From Paraphysomonas bandaiensis (taxonomy: Eukaryota; Protista; Chrysophyceae): a DNA stretch of 64,000 nucleotides. The stretch is from contig CBFFRP010000296.1 in assembly GCA_965644295.1 (NCBI GenBank), forward strand, positions 248,001-312,000, in the 5' to 3' direction. Shown here piece by piece: positions 23,657-35,879 of the stretch. Positions within the stretch are counted from its first letter, which is position 1; every line of letters begins with the position of its first letter. Under the pieces are notes generated by a model, which was given only the letters and a program-made list of their open reading frames with translations, made no database searches and was not told the DNA's origin. The translations under genes and the position numbers were made by a program.

Positions 23657-26600
23657 TGTTGAGTTCTGCAATATGATGTGATATATATTGTGCAATTGAA
23701 GTGAGTTAACAGTGTGCAATAGGTAAAGTCAACTCATAGGTGTAACGGGTGATTATAGTTACAAAGGAATTAAATTCAGTTACTGATGTGTGACTATACA
23801 AGATATAGAACTGACTGATGAACATATGATAAACAGGTGTTGTTGGGAACAGATGTTTCAACATATGTTACACGAATATGTAGTGAAGTGTTCAGAATAA
23901 TAATTATAATTTCTTACTTGAAAGTGCATTGTGTTCAACAGCAAGGTTACGGTTTACGCGTAGAGCAAAGTTAACTTCAGTGAAATGTCCAAAGCTAACA
24001 TGGTAGCGAGTGGTAGCTCTGATGAGGCGAAGGAGGACAGCAAGGTGCTGAAGTTTGACAAGTGAAACGACACGTGTGTTGTAACGATTTGGGAGGCATG
24101 TGAACATGACGCAGATGTATTGGAGGGTGCCAACCGATACATGGAGGCGACTGCCAGACGATGATCCGAATAAGGAGGTTTTGTCCAATCATATGCTTCA
24201 AACGCTTGTGGATAGGTCTAGGAGTGAGTTGGGAGTAGTACTCGAGAAGACTACAGCGAAATACCAGCTTGTAAATATTGGCCAATGATATGGTCGAAAT
24301 AGAGATTGATAGGCTGAAATGTATTTTCTACTAAAACTGCCTTGTACACTGAGCAGAGCAGCAGAGCAGTGCAGCTGTTCATAGTTAACGAGCAGAGAGT
24401 GCTGAACATACACATGAACAGAGACAGAGACAGAGTTCATCGGCGGAATGGTGCTAATATGAAGATGATGATGTCTCATCTGGAGGGGAGTCCAATATGA
24501 TAGATGGTGAAGTGCTTATGACTGAAACAGTAGACCAACGAGTGTATCTAGGCAGTTGTGCCGGAAAGCAGCTATTCATTGTTGTTAAAGATCATAGAGT
24601 GCTAGAGAAATATGAAGCAGAGCCAGGAGTCATATCTCTGACGAAGAAGGGGTCAGCAATGGAGACTCAAGGAGTAGGAAGCTTTCAACACTGGCAAAAG
24701 AGAAGGCATCAAAGTATGTGAAGATGCGGTGAAGAATATTGTCTCAGGCGGAATGCTGCGGGCACTGGTGTGTGGATTGGAACTACTTAGAGTACCGAGA
24801 ATTGTAGAGTTAAACACTGGTAGAGAGGTGCTGGCTGGAGACTATGATGAGCATGGAGGAATGCCATGGGAGGCACTATATAATATTATGACGTTTTGAA
24901 TTAGCCTATTATTACGTCATCATGCCATCATGTAATGGAGGAAAATGCCAAGGAGGACAGTAAAGTTAGTGGATGTTGCCTTATGAGTGTGTTCCTGGGA
25001 GGAAAGGTGCCCGAGTTATCCTGGTTGAGAGGAAATGGGGGTGCAAGGCGTATGTATTAGTCCCGAAGGCCGATAGACGGAAAGACTGGGAGGAAAAGGC
25101 ACAAACAGGATATTTTGTGGGTTTCCCAACGAGCAGATGGGGTATCAAGTGTTGATAGTAGGAGATACAATAGTCACGTCTGTTCATGTCCTGTTTGATG
25201 TATCAGTGCCCTAGAGATCGGCTGATTACTACCGAGAAATGGACTAAGCCACGGTGGCAGTGGTTCCTCAGGGAGGAGTGTTATCGACAAAACCCATGTG
25301 AAGATGGCGGCCAACTGTACAACAAGACCACGCGAATATAGATTCGGAAAGAGGTCTAACTGTGGGATATAGATCCCTGATGTCAGGTGGTGAGGAGCAA
25401 CTGGAAGTTAAGACTCCTATTCACATCATCGCGGATGAGTGAAGACCTTGTGACAAGAGTATCTGCTAGTTCTGGATCTCGTGACGACGGGACCAGCGGA
25501 CATTTATTACAGCAGTTGACTGGGACGGTTCCATCCCCTTCTGACTTCGTAAGTGCTCCGGGAGAGGAAGCTCCATCAGATCGCTCAACTAGGGGCAGGC
25601 GCACAAGGGCTCCAAGGGTGGTGACGAATGTGTCAGTAGTAGGGGAGAAGCACGTATTACCTTCGTGTGACGAAGTGGAGTGCAGCCTACTAGAGGAGGC
25701 AGATTCCATCTGGTGCTCGTCAGCGGGACCTAAGGTGCCTCAGACATATTCCGAATCCTTGGAGTTGCCGGAACGGAAGCAATGGAGTTCAGCCAGGCTG
25801 AATGTGACGAACTGGAACGAAGGGAAGTAATGGAAGTTAAGCCCATACCTACCCCAGTGTCACTCCATTGACAGCAAGACAGGCTGAGCGTGACAGACTG
25901 GAACGAAGGGAAGTAATGGAAGTTAAGCCCATCATCCCTACCCCAGTGTCACTGCAATTGGAATCCTGAGTATGTCTTTGCTTTGAAACGCAACAAGGAG
26001 GGTGCGATTCCACGATAGAAAGCAAGACTTGTGGTACTTGGATGCGGAGGCCATGAGGTTGGTAGAGCCAACAATTATACTCCAGTGGTAAAAGCGGTAA
26101 CAGTAAGATTGCTATTAGCTATCGCGTTTGTTATGAATATGGTGGTGCATCAACTCGACGTATCTAATGCATTCTTGTATATGCAGATATAAAAGGAGAT
26201 GTGTGTATAAGTATGCAACACCAGCAGATTTCAAATTGCCACCAGGATATTGCTTTAAACTGAAGAAAAGTTTATATGGTCTTCGAAGCTCACCACAGTC
26301 ATGATGATAATATGCTGAGAGCATGTCGAGATACGAATATTATTTTGGAAATTAAGCGACGAGTATGTGAAAGGTTTGATATTACAGATATGAATGAGAG
26401 TGGCCAGTTTTTTTGAACGTGAGAGTGACGAGAACTCCGAATTGTCTCAAACTTGACCAGACAGTGTTCATCAAAAAGATATTGGTGAAGTATGTGGATT
26501 TTCTGGGTGCAAGGGACAAGACGCGGCTATACCCACTACCTAGTGATGTCAAAGTGGGAGTGGAACATGTGCATTCAGCTGAGGAGCAGAAGTTAGTTGA

Positions 26601-27824
26601 TAATTTTCCCTATCGTCCACTCCTAGGAGCGTTACTCTATTTATCTATGAATACAAGGCCGGATATCTCATATGCAGTGGGAGTATTGTCACGATTCTCA
26701 ACGAAAGTTAATATCACTGTATGTAAGCTCCTGATGTATTTAATGCAGTATGTACGAGGTACTACAGATAAAGGCATTCATTATAGAGGGAGAGATTTTG
26801 ATCTTCATATGTTCACTGATGCTGACTGGGCAGGCGATCCGTTGACGAGGAGATCAACTTCAGGTTATGTTATGTTTGGAGCTGGTGGACCACTATCGTG
26901 GGGTTCCAAACTTCAGTCTACTGTAGCTACATCGACTATGCAAGCAGAGTATCAATGCTTATATAATGGATTACAGGAAATGATATGGTCTCGGGGGGTG
27001 ACTGGTGAAGTAGGATTGAAAATTGACGAGCCCACACCATTATTCCTGGATAGTCAAAGTGCTCAGGATATATCGGAAAATCCAGTGCAACATCAACGAT
27101 CGAAACATATTGAGATTAAGTATCATATGATTAGAGAGCATGTGGATCCCGAACAGTTTAATACAGCGAAATTAATTCATGTGAGCAGTCGACAACAGAT
27201 GGCTGATATATATACCAAGGCTTTGAGAGGTCCAATATTCATTGAACAGAGGGAGCGAAATCTTGGGGAAAAATTTAAGACTACTGAACAAATTATCGCA
27301 GAGGTACCCAAGGTAAAGAGAGCTCGTCGTACCTAGTTAGGTGTTACTGAATGGTGGGAGCTAGCTATACCAGCGGAGTCATACGTCCACCAGTGTCCTA
27401 TGAGGTTCGGTGGTTGCGTATCCGATAGCAATGTTCTTCACATATTTTAGAATGGTTAACTACATCCAATTGAGTGGGAGTGTTGAGTTCTGCAATATGA
27501 TGTGATATATATTGTGCAATTGAAGTGAGTTAACAGTGTGCAATAGGTAAAGTCAACTCATAGGTGTAACGGGTGATTATAGTTACAAAGGAATTAAATT
27601 CAGTTACTGATGTGTGACTATACAAGATATAGAACTGACTGATGAACATATGATAAACAGGTGTTGTTGGGAACAGATGTTTCAACATATGTTACACGAA
27701 TATGTAGTGAAGTGTTCAGAATAATAATTATAATTTCTTACTTGAAAGTGCATTGTGTTCAACAGCAAGGTTACGGTTTACGCGTAGAGCAAAGTTAACT
27801 TCAGTGAAATGTCCAAAGCTAACA
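23657..27824 (+). mobile_element. Ty1/copia LTR retrotransposon, non-autonomous; LTRs 23657-24000 and 27481-27824 (344 bp each); TSD GACGT
   Basis: TG...CA LTRs identical by eye; GACGT at 23652-23656 and 27825-27829; PBS TGGTAGCG (tRNAi-Met-like) at 24001; PPT TGAGTGGGAG; integrase remnant WGCKAYVLVP..GYFVG; broken RT. Confidence 0.96.
26413..27336 (+). CDS. Copia RT C-terminus plus RNase H (the only intact pol segment)
   Basis: YRPLLGALLYL, TRPDISYAV, FTDADWAG, RRSTSGY, STMQAEY, DSQSA, RSKHIEIKYH and ADIYTKAL motifs. Confidence 0.88.
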   Translation: MNVRVTRTPNCLKLDQTVFIKKILVKYVDFLGARDKTRLYPLPSDVKVGVEHVHSAEEQKLVDNFPYRPLLGALLYLSMNTRPDISYAVGVLSRFSTKVNITVCKLLMYLMQYVRGTTDKGIHYRGRDFDLHMFTDADWAGDPLTRRSTSGYVMFGAGGPLSWGSKLQSTVATSTMQAEYQCLYNGLQEMIWSRGVTGEVGLKIDEPTPLFLDSQSAQDISENPVQHQRSKHIEIKYHMIREHVDPEQFNTAKLIHVSSRQQMADIYTKALRGPIFIEQRERNLGEKFKTTEQIIAEVPKVKRARRT

Positions 27825-27829
27825 GACGT

Positions 27830-28027
27830 TATAAGTATATAGTGACGATGCAAGTTGTAGAGTTGTAGTGACGGAGTAATATCGTACGAGAAATGAGTGG
27901 TATTAGAGACAACATGAAATTAATCAATGATAAGAAATGTTGGTTATAATTTGTAATTCTCAGCATTGAGCATAAGTTTACCTTCTGTTGTTAAGTTAAT
28001 ACATTTCATATAATATCAAACTTTGAT
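27830..28027 (+). mobile_element. LTR-A, 3' part
   Basis: agtgacgatgcaagttgtag...gagacaacatgaaattaatcaatgataag...aagtttaccttctgttgttaagtta matches ~4178-4343. Confidence 0.78.
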
Positions 28028-28345
28028 AGACTACACAGTGCTCAGTTTCTTACAATTTAAATTACAACACTGTATTTATTTATCCTCGACATAGCTCAAC
28101 CTTTGCACTGCTATAATATAAGGTCGTGTTGCCAAGTACACAGGTAACAAACTATTGCGAAATAGTCACATTAATAAAGTGGAGTATAGCAGACTGCTAT
28201 CGGGAAGACAACTGATACTTAGAAGAAAATAGAAAATTATCTACAAAACAGTAATGCAAAAATAAAATCAATCGATTCACCTCACTACATGCAATCGACA
28301 AGAATGCAGGAGATATCAGCGATTCAGCTAATCACAAGCTGTTCT

Positions 28346-31300
28346 CTATAGCATCACGAACATGACTAGTATAGTGCCAAATAAGTTAGCATACCAAAAT
28401 GCCGACTCAAATATAGTCTGTCATAGGGCGTTATAAATCAAAGAATCAATATTTACGACTGTATACCTTAGGCGCAAAAACAGCCCACATCATTAAATGT
28501 CTACGTAACAGAAACGCGCTCAACATACTTCCACAAAGTATGCACATTCTGTACAGTAGTTGCGACCACACTATCGTTACACATGTCCTTCTTGTTTCTT
28601 CATGCATTAATGAAGCAGAAATCATCGGAACTTTACCAATTGATAAATAACGATATATATCACTAAGAACGGCATGACATACTGCGATACACAAAACAAA
28701 ACAAAGAATGTCGTATCCAAATGTGTTGAGCGACACCATAGCACCACTGTAAACGAAATCAAAACTTTCAGTACCAGTAAAACCTGCCGCAACCTAAATC
28801 AACTGGTTATTGAATTCATAACCTATTTAAAATCGATTAACGTACTTGAACCTTTCCAAAGTCAAACTCATGCCCTGATAGAAAAAATGCAAGTCTTCCT
28901 AAACAGAAGCACTGAAATGACCACCCACATAAGAGAAGCGTGCACTGCAATACTCGAGGCCCATAGCCATCACGCAAATCCGATTTCAACGTTGGATGCG
29001 ATAAAAGTACAATGGTGGCTATAGACCGCGACGCACACACAGAAACAACACAGAGCCCTGCTACCAGGGCAGAAACAAGAAATGTGTCAAGTGAGACAAG
29101 CATAATCACAGTTGACATATGAAGCGATATATGCACAGCATCACAACAAGAAGCACTAATAGTTTCGTTTCTGAATCTACCACAAATGTCTTTCCTAATC
29201 TTTTGAAGTGATACTATTCCCACTCCACATGCACAACAACTCAGCACAACAACTGCACTGATATTTCTCAAGCTATTCTCCCCGTTATCGACACATATAT
29301 ACTGCAACAATGCAGATGTTTCGCCAACTAAGCCTACTCGAGGACATGAGTTGGATGTAAATATATAAATCGCCAAACAAACAGAGCTCCCAACAGCAAA
29401 TAGAACACTGACGAGTCTATACAAGGGTACGTAACGCCCAAGGCGGCCAGCAACATACCACTCAAAACCACAAAATATCGATATTACAACAACAGATGGA
29501 AATACCGAGCGAAGAGCAACAAAAGCATTGGGCTCAATGAAACTATCTGGTGGAACATATGACATCAGTCGCAGAGTGGCCAGAGCAACTATATCTGGAC
29601 CGCATGAAGATAAAAGAGCTCGACTAGATTGTGGTGTAGAACTGTGGCAATAGTTTTTGGCTTTCAGTTGAAGAAAAATCTAAACACAAGTCACTAGTAT
29701 CGCAAAACGCGCCGTAAAATACTCACATGATATGCGCAACGCAACAAGCACAAAGTCTGAACTTCGTAATAATACACATATCTCTCCTGCATGCATACAA
29801 CTTGTTACACGTCATATATAGATATCAACTACTACTTTGTATCAAATGTGCAGGCAGTGAAAACCATAGAGGGCATGACTAAAATATCTTCGACATGAAT
29901 ATGGTGACAACTACACCTTGACTATAAAGGAGTTGGACAAGCTCGAGAGAGAATGAAAAATCAACATGACCGACAAAAACAATATCTGGACCCTCATCAT
30001 ACCGTCACATTGGGAGAGAGCTGTATTCAAATTACTATAAAAACTCACGACACGTCGCAAGACTGTTGAAAAAACTGTTTTCGGTTTACATTCTGCGTGA
30101 GCATCTTCTTCTCCACGTCGTCTAACTTTCTCAAATTTAAAAAAATTCAAAGTCCAAATACTGTGTAGCACAGATATTACACAGTATGCGATACAGAAAG
30201 TACTTGCTATAAGCCCAAGAAGCATCTCTATCACGCCGAATGAAGTCCACTGCAGCCTAAACAAAACAGGAAACACCTTGGTAAGTCTGACACAATAAAG
30301 TTTGTCGTATGTAGTCATGTAAAGCAGATATGCAAGTTTGCAATAAAACTCTTACCTCGCGAAGCGAAGAGTTTCATCGAAAAAACTATAATATGAACTG
30401 ATAACAGCTTCCTGTCCCAAGTTATAGGTCCCAATGCAAGAACTCATGTTGTACGCAATACTGGTAAACGGATCTGCTCCCGAAATGACGGAGCACGTAT
30501 ACTCCACATGAAGGATCAATGATGTTCTGAATAGTTGGTAAAGTTTCCTCACCCCCATCTCACGCGAACCACTGGAAATATCAGTCAGATAGCCGTCAAT
30601 CCCTATGGGCTCTGTCTGGTGGAGATGCGCCACATTGAAGCTGGTCACCTCTTCATGACATGACTCATTAGTTCTACATACGTTTTCCAGAGGCAACTCT
30701 ACGGTTTCATTTAAACAAGAATAACTGTACTAAGGTAATACCACAAATGATTATACACACTTCATTCTTCTTCAATAAATTTGAAACGCTTCTGTCTACG
30801 TTACTTCTAGAAGCAAAATACACCAGCATATAGCGCATTACCTGCTCGAGATGTTTAGATCAACTATGGACACAGTTGTATTCATGTATTATATAATAGC
30901 AAGTCTACAACGCTTATGACTATACTTAAATAGTAATCACCGTTGCGTGATATGTAAATGGTAAGTCGCATTTACCTGCTGTGCATTGGTGAAGAGCATA
31001 TACAACAGAGGGTTGGCACTCAGTGCTGCTGTGCACGTGTGTTCACAGGAATCTCTTGAGTCTGGGGATTTCCTTAACTTGTTATACAAAACATCCACCT
31101 GCGTCGGTGTTCGATAGAAAACCTCTGGTAGTACAGACCCCAGAGATGTAAAGGGCACTGGTAGGCCAGTGAGTGAACTTATGGTAGGAGTCAAATCCAC
31201 CTGGTTAACTACCCTTGGTCGACGTAACGAATTAGCAGAGCTGGCTTCGAGCATGCTACGAGTTGAGGGATCCCATTGAAAAAAAGTAGATGAATCAGAT

Positions 31301-32342
31301 ACAAATGAAGTTTTCGAATACAAAAATAATCCAGAATCAGTCTCCTGCTGAGAATTTCCCCCTGATAGAATGAGATAAAATGATGTTACAAAATGAATAT
31401 GTGTACTACGGAGGGAAAACTAGTGACCTAACTCTGTCAACATATCTTGCGATACGCCATAATATACCAACACAAATAACTACTTACCATGTTCACCATC
31501 GTCCGTCATTCCATGATCGCCCATGATTACAAGCAGAGCATCATCTGGCAATCCTGCAATAACCCTCTGTATTACCTCATTCATGCGACTTAACCGTTCA
31601 CCCATCAGCGGATGATGAGCATTGTAAGTATGCCCAACATGATCAACGGAAAGAAAATGAGCGATCAGAACATCCCAGTCAAGTTTCGATGCATTTTCAT
31701 ATTCTTTCCAAATATGGGAAATAATCCCATCATCGACAGAATCCAGGTCCCTCGTGTTGAAAGAATCAAACGGGAAACTTTTGTGAAAATATTTTCCGAA
31801 AAGCCCTTCCCATGTATCATCGCCCATAAAAAGAACTTTTTTGTTGGCAAGTTTCCATTGCTTCACAATAGAGTCCTCTTGAACTTCTTGGCTGTTGAAA
31901 TTTGAACCAATCTCAACAAATGCTGGAAGTCCGCCTGTAGCAATACCCTTCAACCTCTGAGAGGTAGTTGTAGGCGGATCGGCCCGAAAGCCGTACATCA
32001 CACACTGGCTTGAATTGTTTAGAACAAGAGAGTGTATAGCAGTGAGTTTATTGTGTGATGGGAGCACATGTCCGCTCTCATCGGGCTCTACATAAGTCAT
32101 ATAGTCCAACCTCAATGCATCGATCACTATCAACACCACTCTATTAAACCTCGGCTCCATGTGATACAGTGCCTCCTCAGTGTCATCTGGTACCTGTAAA
32201 GAATGAAAGACATGAGACAAGTCTCTCTACAGCTCTACTGTACATTAATATCAAGTACTTCTGTCTTAGTCAAGAGGAACCCCTTCAGATACACAGACAA
32301 CCACACGCTAACGACAACTACAAAAACACACAGATTGATCAT
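28346..32342 (-). CDS. PIGO: GPI ethanolamine-phosphate transferase 3 (PIG-O/GPI13), multi-exon
   Basis: GFLLTK, VIDALRLD, ADPPTTTSQRLKG, FMGDDTW, DSVDDG, HFLSVDHVGH, VIMGDHGM, QVDLTPTIS, GHEFDFGKVQ, SLNTFG and RRHLMMWAVFAPK motifs; last exon TIFESAF...VML*. Start ATG and internal exon borders are approximate. Confidence 0.9.
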
Positions 32343-32482
32343 GAGGACATTAACGATCGAAGTGCAGAAAATAGTCAACGAGCTTGATTCACCTCAAATC
32401 TGTGACCAAGAAGCTGAGAGAAGAGCCATATCATACATATATACCTACCCTGTACATACATGTACATACATACATACATACA

Positions 32483-32634
32483 CGTATCGGCATCCTTTGT
32501 ATATTTTTGTTCAAAGATGCCTCTACTATTGAGATAACAATTGTATATATTGTAGCCGTAGTTATACTGCAGTTGTATAGAGTTGATTTTGCTTCAATTT
32601 ATTCCCGAAAAATAAGATGCTGACTGCCGATACG
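32483..32634 (+). mobile_element. MITE-like element (~152 bp) with 10-bp TIR CGTATCGGCA...TGCCGATACG
   Basis: Perfect terminal inverted repeat; flanked by CA on both sides within TACA repeats; inverted homologue at 33173-33324. Confidence 0.75.
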
Positions 32635-33151
32635 CATACATACATACATACATACATACATACATACATACATACATACATACATACATACATACATACA
32701 TACATACATACATACATACATACATACATACATACATACATACATACATACATACATACATACATACATACATACATACATACATACATACATACATACA
32801 TACCAACATACAAACATACATACATAAATACATACATACATACATACATACATACATACATACATACATACATACATACATACATACATACATACATACA
32901 TACATACATACATACATACATACATACATACATACATACATACATACATACATGCATACATACATACATACATACATACATACATACATACATACATACA
33001 TACATACATACATACATACATACATACATACATACATACATACATACATACATACATACATACATACATACATACATACATACATACATACATACATACA
33101 TACATACATACATACATACATACATACATACATACATACATACATACATAC
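32635..33151 (+). repeat. (TACA)n array of ~515 bp
   Basis: Directly visible; upstream of the PIG-O start and between two MITE copies. Confidence 0.99.
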
Positions 33152-33172
33152 GTGCAGTACATGCACACAACA

Positions 33173-33324
33173 CGTATTAGCAGTCAGCATCTTATTTTGC
33201 GGAAGTAAATTAAAGCAAATATTCTCTATATTACTGCCATACAACTACGGAAGGAATACAGATAATTGTTGTCTCAATATTGGAGGCATCTTTGAACAAA
33301 AATATACAAAGGATACCGATACGT
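33173..33324 (-). mobile_element. Second MITE copy, inverted relative to 32483-32634
   Basis: Reverse complement cgtatcggtatcctttgtatatttttgttcaaagatgcctc...aaaataagatgctgactgctaatacg aligns end to end with the left copy. Confidence 0.75.
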
Positions 33325-34687
33325 ATACGATGCGTTGAGTTCCTTCTCAGAGCACTGTGGGTGTTGCTTTCTCTTCTTAAAGCTCCCACGTTTGTGTTGT
33401 ACTATCAGCAAGAGATCTGAGAGTCTCAATTCTATCAATGAACTCCTAAGATAGGCATCGTGCTATTGATACGTTATTATGTCTTGCAGGCAGGAGGTGA
33501 CAATTTCAATCAAGGGGGTAATTCAGGGATATGGATTCCAAACCGGCTTCGTTGATATTTTCTCTTAACTAGTAGAGTGAATAGTCGGTCACTGTATAGT
33601 AGGCCTATTCTAGGTATATGGGGATGAACGCTGTTGACGCATGGGTGCAGTAACTACTCCCTTGGCAAGACTCACGGTCGGAATTACTTTATGATGTCAT
33701 ACTGCTTGATTCCGTACATGTGTTGCAAGTGGTCAATGCGGAAGCAAATAGTTAGCTACCAGACATTTACTTGATGTGGGCTTGAAATTAGAGTGGTATG
33801 TGAGAGCATCTCTTACATTAAATTTCAGATATAGTGTTGTATAGTGTCTGTCTATAGTTGTACTTATTTCTTGTTCGCTACTGACGTGTGGAATGTTGGT
33901 ATGCAGTTATCAGGTGTACATTTGTACTTAAAATTAGACTTTATCGTTACCTGCTCATCAAAGTACGTTACGATACGAAAGCTATCTGATCCCACTCACC
34001 ACTCATAATGGTGCGAGTAGTCGTGTACTTTTGAATCATCAATAAAATATTGAAAATGAAAATATTCAATAAGAATATAATTATACAATATATAGAAGTA
34101 AACTTGACTTAGGGCTACGTCGGCTATCACATATTCAAATAATTTACACTCAAGATATGCTTTGGCTGTAAAATTGGCAATCAAAAAGTCAGACTGCTAT
34201 AGCGTCTATACTGTATTTTAGTTATACTAAATAGATTAGGGTTACGGCTGTATAAAATGATGATATTTGATCAATATATCATTCTGTTATGCAAGGTCTC
34301 AACGCCTATTGCTAAATAATTAGACATTCACTATCATTCTGTTAGTGCTTCTTATACCTATTCATCTACAAGGACAGCGCATAAAGTTTCTATTTTCAAT
34401 TTTCATTATATTTAGGATATCGTGCTACAGTTGTATATAACTTATGGCTGTATAAATAGTTCAGAGAAAGAAGCATATTAAAAAATATACAATTTATGAG
34501 AAGGAATACAGGGCTATATAAATATATGAATGTGATTGAGATATGTTATTTACAATAACATCAGGTAAATAATAAGTAACCAGCAGTTTGATGCTATAAA
34601 CCACTTGACATTGTTAAAAGTTACATACGATATTCAAAAATCACATTTCATTCAACTATAAATATGTATGCAGAACTCTAAATAGTG

Positions 34688-35508
34688 CTATCGTTTCAAG
34701 GGGGTCATATGCAGGTGTGACCCGCCGTCCAAGACAAGAGTTTCACCGGTCACTATGTTTTGTTCCGCCGCAAAAAAGTATATTGCATGTGCAACATCCT
34801 CTGGTGTACAGGTTTTACCTAATGGATTCGAGTTCTCAATTTTAGTTTTGATACTTTCGTAATGTTCACTTCCTAGACCTTGCTTGAGCCATTCGCCTTG
34901 AATAAATCCAGGACAAACAGCATTCATTTTAATTGGACCCAGAACTCGTGAGAGAGACTTCGTCATTGTAATTAAAGCACCTTTACTTGCAGCATAAGCT
35001 ACTGAACTTCCAATACCAGATATACCTGCAATAGATGCTACATTTACCACGCTGGGGCACGAAGATTTCAACAAATGAGGCTTGGCAAATTTAATCAAGT
35101 TGTAAGGCCCAACAACATTAGTCGCATATATATACTGAAAGTCTGCGGGAGTTAACGCATCCATTTCACCGTGATCGAATGCGAATTTCGTAGTTGCGGC
35201 ATTGTTCACTAAGACATCCAAGTTTCCAAATGAATTGACTGTTTTTGAGACAAGTTCATCACAGTCCGATTCTTTACTAACATCAGCTTGAATCACAGTC
35301 ACAGCAGAGGCTCCCAGCTTCCTACAATCAGCCGCCACAGATTCGGCACTTTCTATTGATCTCGAGCAGTTAATAGTGATGTTATATCCGTGACTTGAAA
35401 AGAGTTTAGCAGCAGCGGCCCCCACCCCCTGCACTGCCAGTTATAACACAGAGACATGAGATGCAACCTTACCCGACTGGATCCTGTAATGAGAACTGTA
35501 CGTGTCAT
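34688..35508 (-). CDS. Short-chain dehydrogenase/reductase (FabG-like); exons 35508-35473 and 35428-34688
   Basis: Spliced TGSSRGVG, LDVLVNNA, SIAG, YAASK, NAVCPG and VTGETLVLDGG motifs. Confidence 0.92.
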
Positions 35509-35879
35509 TGTGAATGAACGATTACGGTTATCGATAGATAGATAGATCGATAGATAGATATAGATATCCTGCAGTTGACGAGGATGAGTGATATCTATCG
35601 TGTACTGTATGCATGGCTGCATGTGTGTTGGTGTGTTCGTAGTCGTGTACTATATCCATATACGCAGTATAAGGTATACAGTGTATTATTTTAAGCAGTA
35701 CAGTATATACCACAGTATTTCTGTACAGGGTATTTGGTATTCTCAGATATTCCTGACAGTGTATGCACAAAAACCAGAGATTTTTACAGCACCTCTGAAT
35801 AGAGCGAGCATGCATCTTGTGCGTCTCGCCTCTGCGGAACACATGAATCACATCCATCACATCAGCCCCAGCCTTCCCC

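Noticed and set aside
34688-35508. Bacterial horizontal origin of the SDR (and of the acyl-CoA synthetase)
   Set aside because: They look bacterial-like by eye, but this cannot be supported without a phylogeny; both contain introns.
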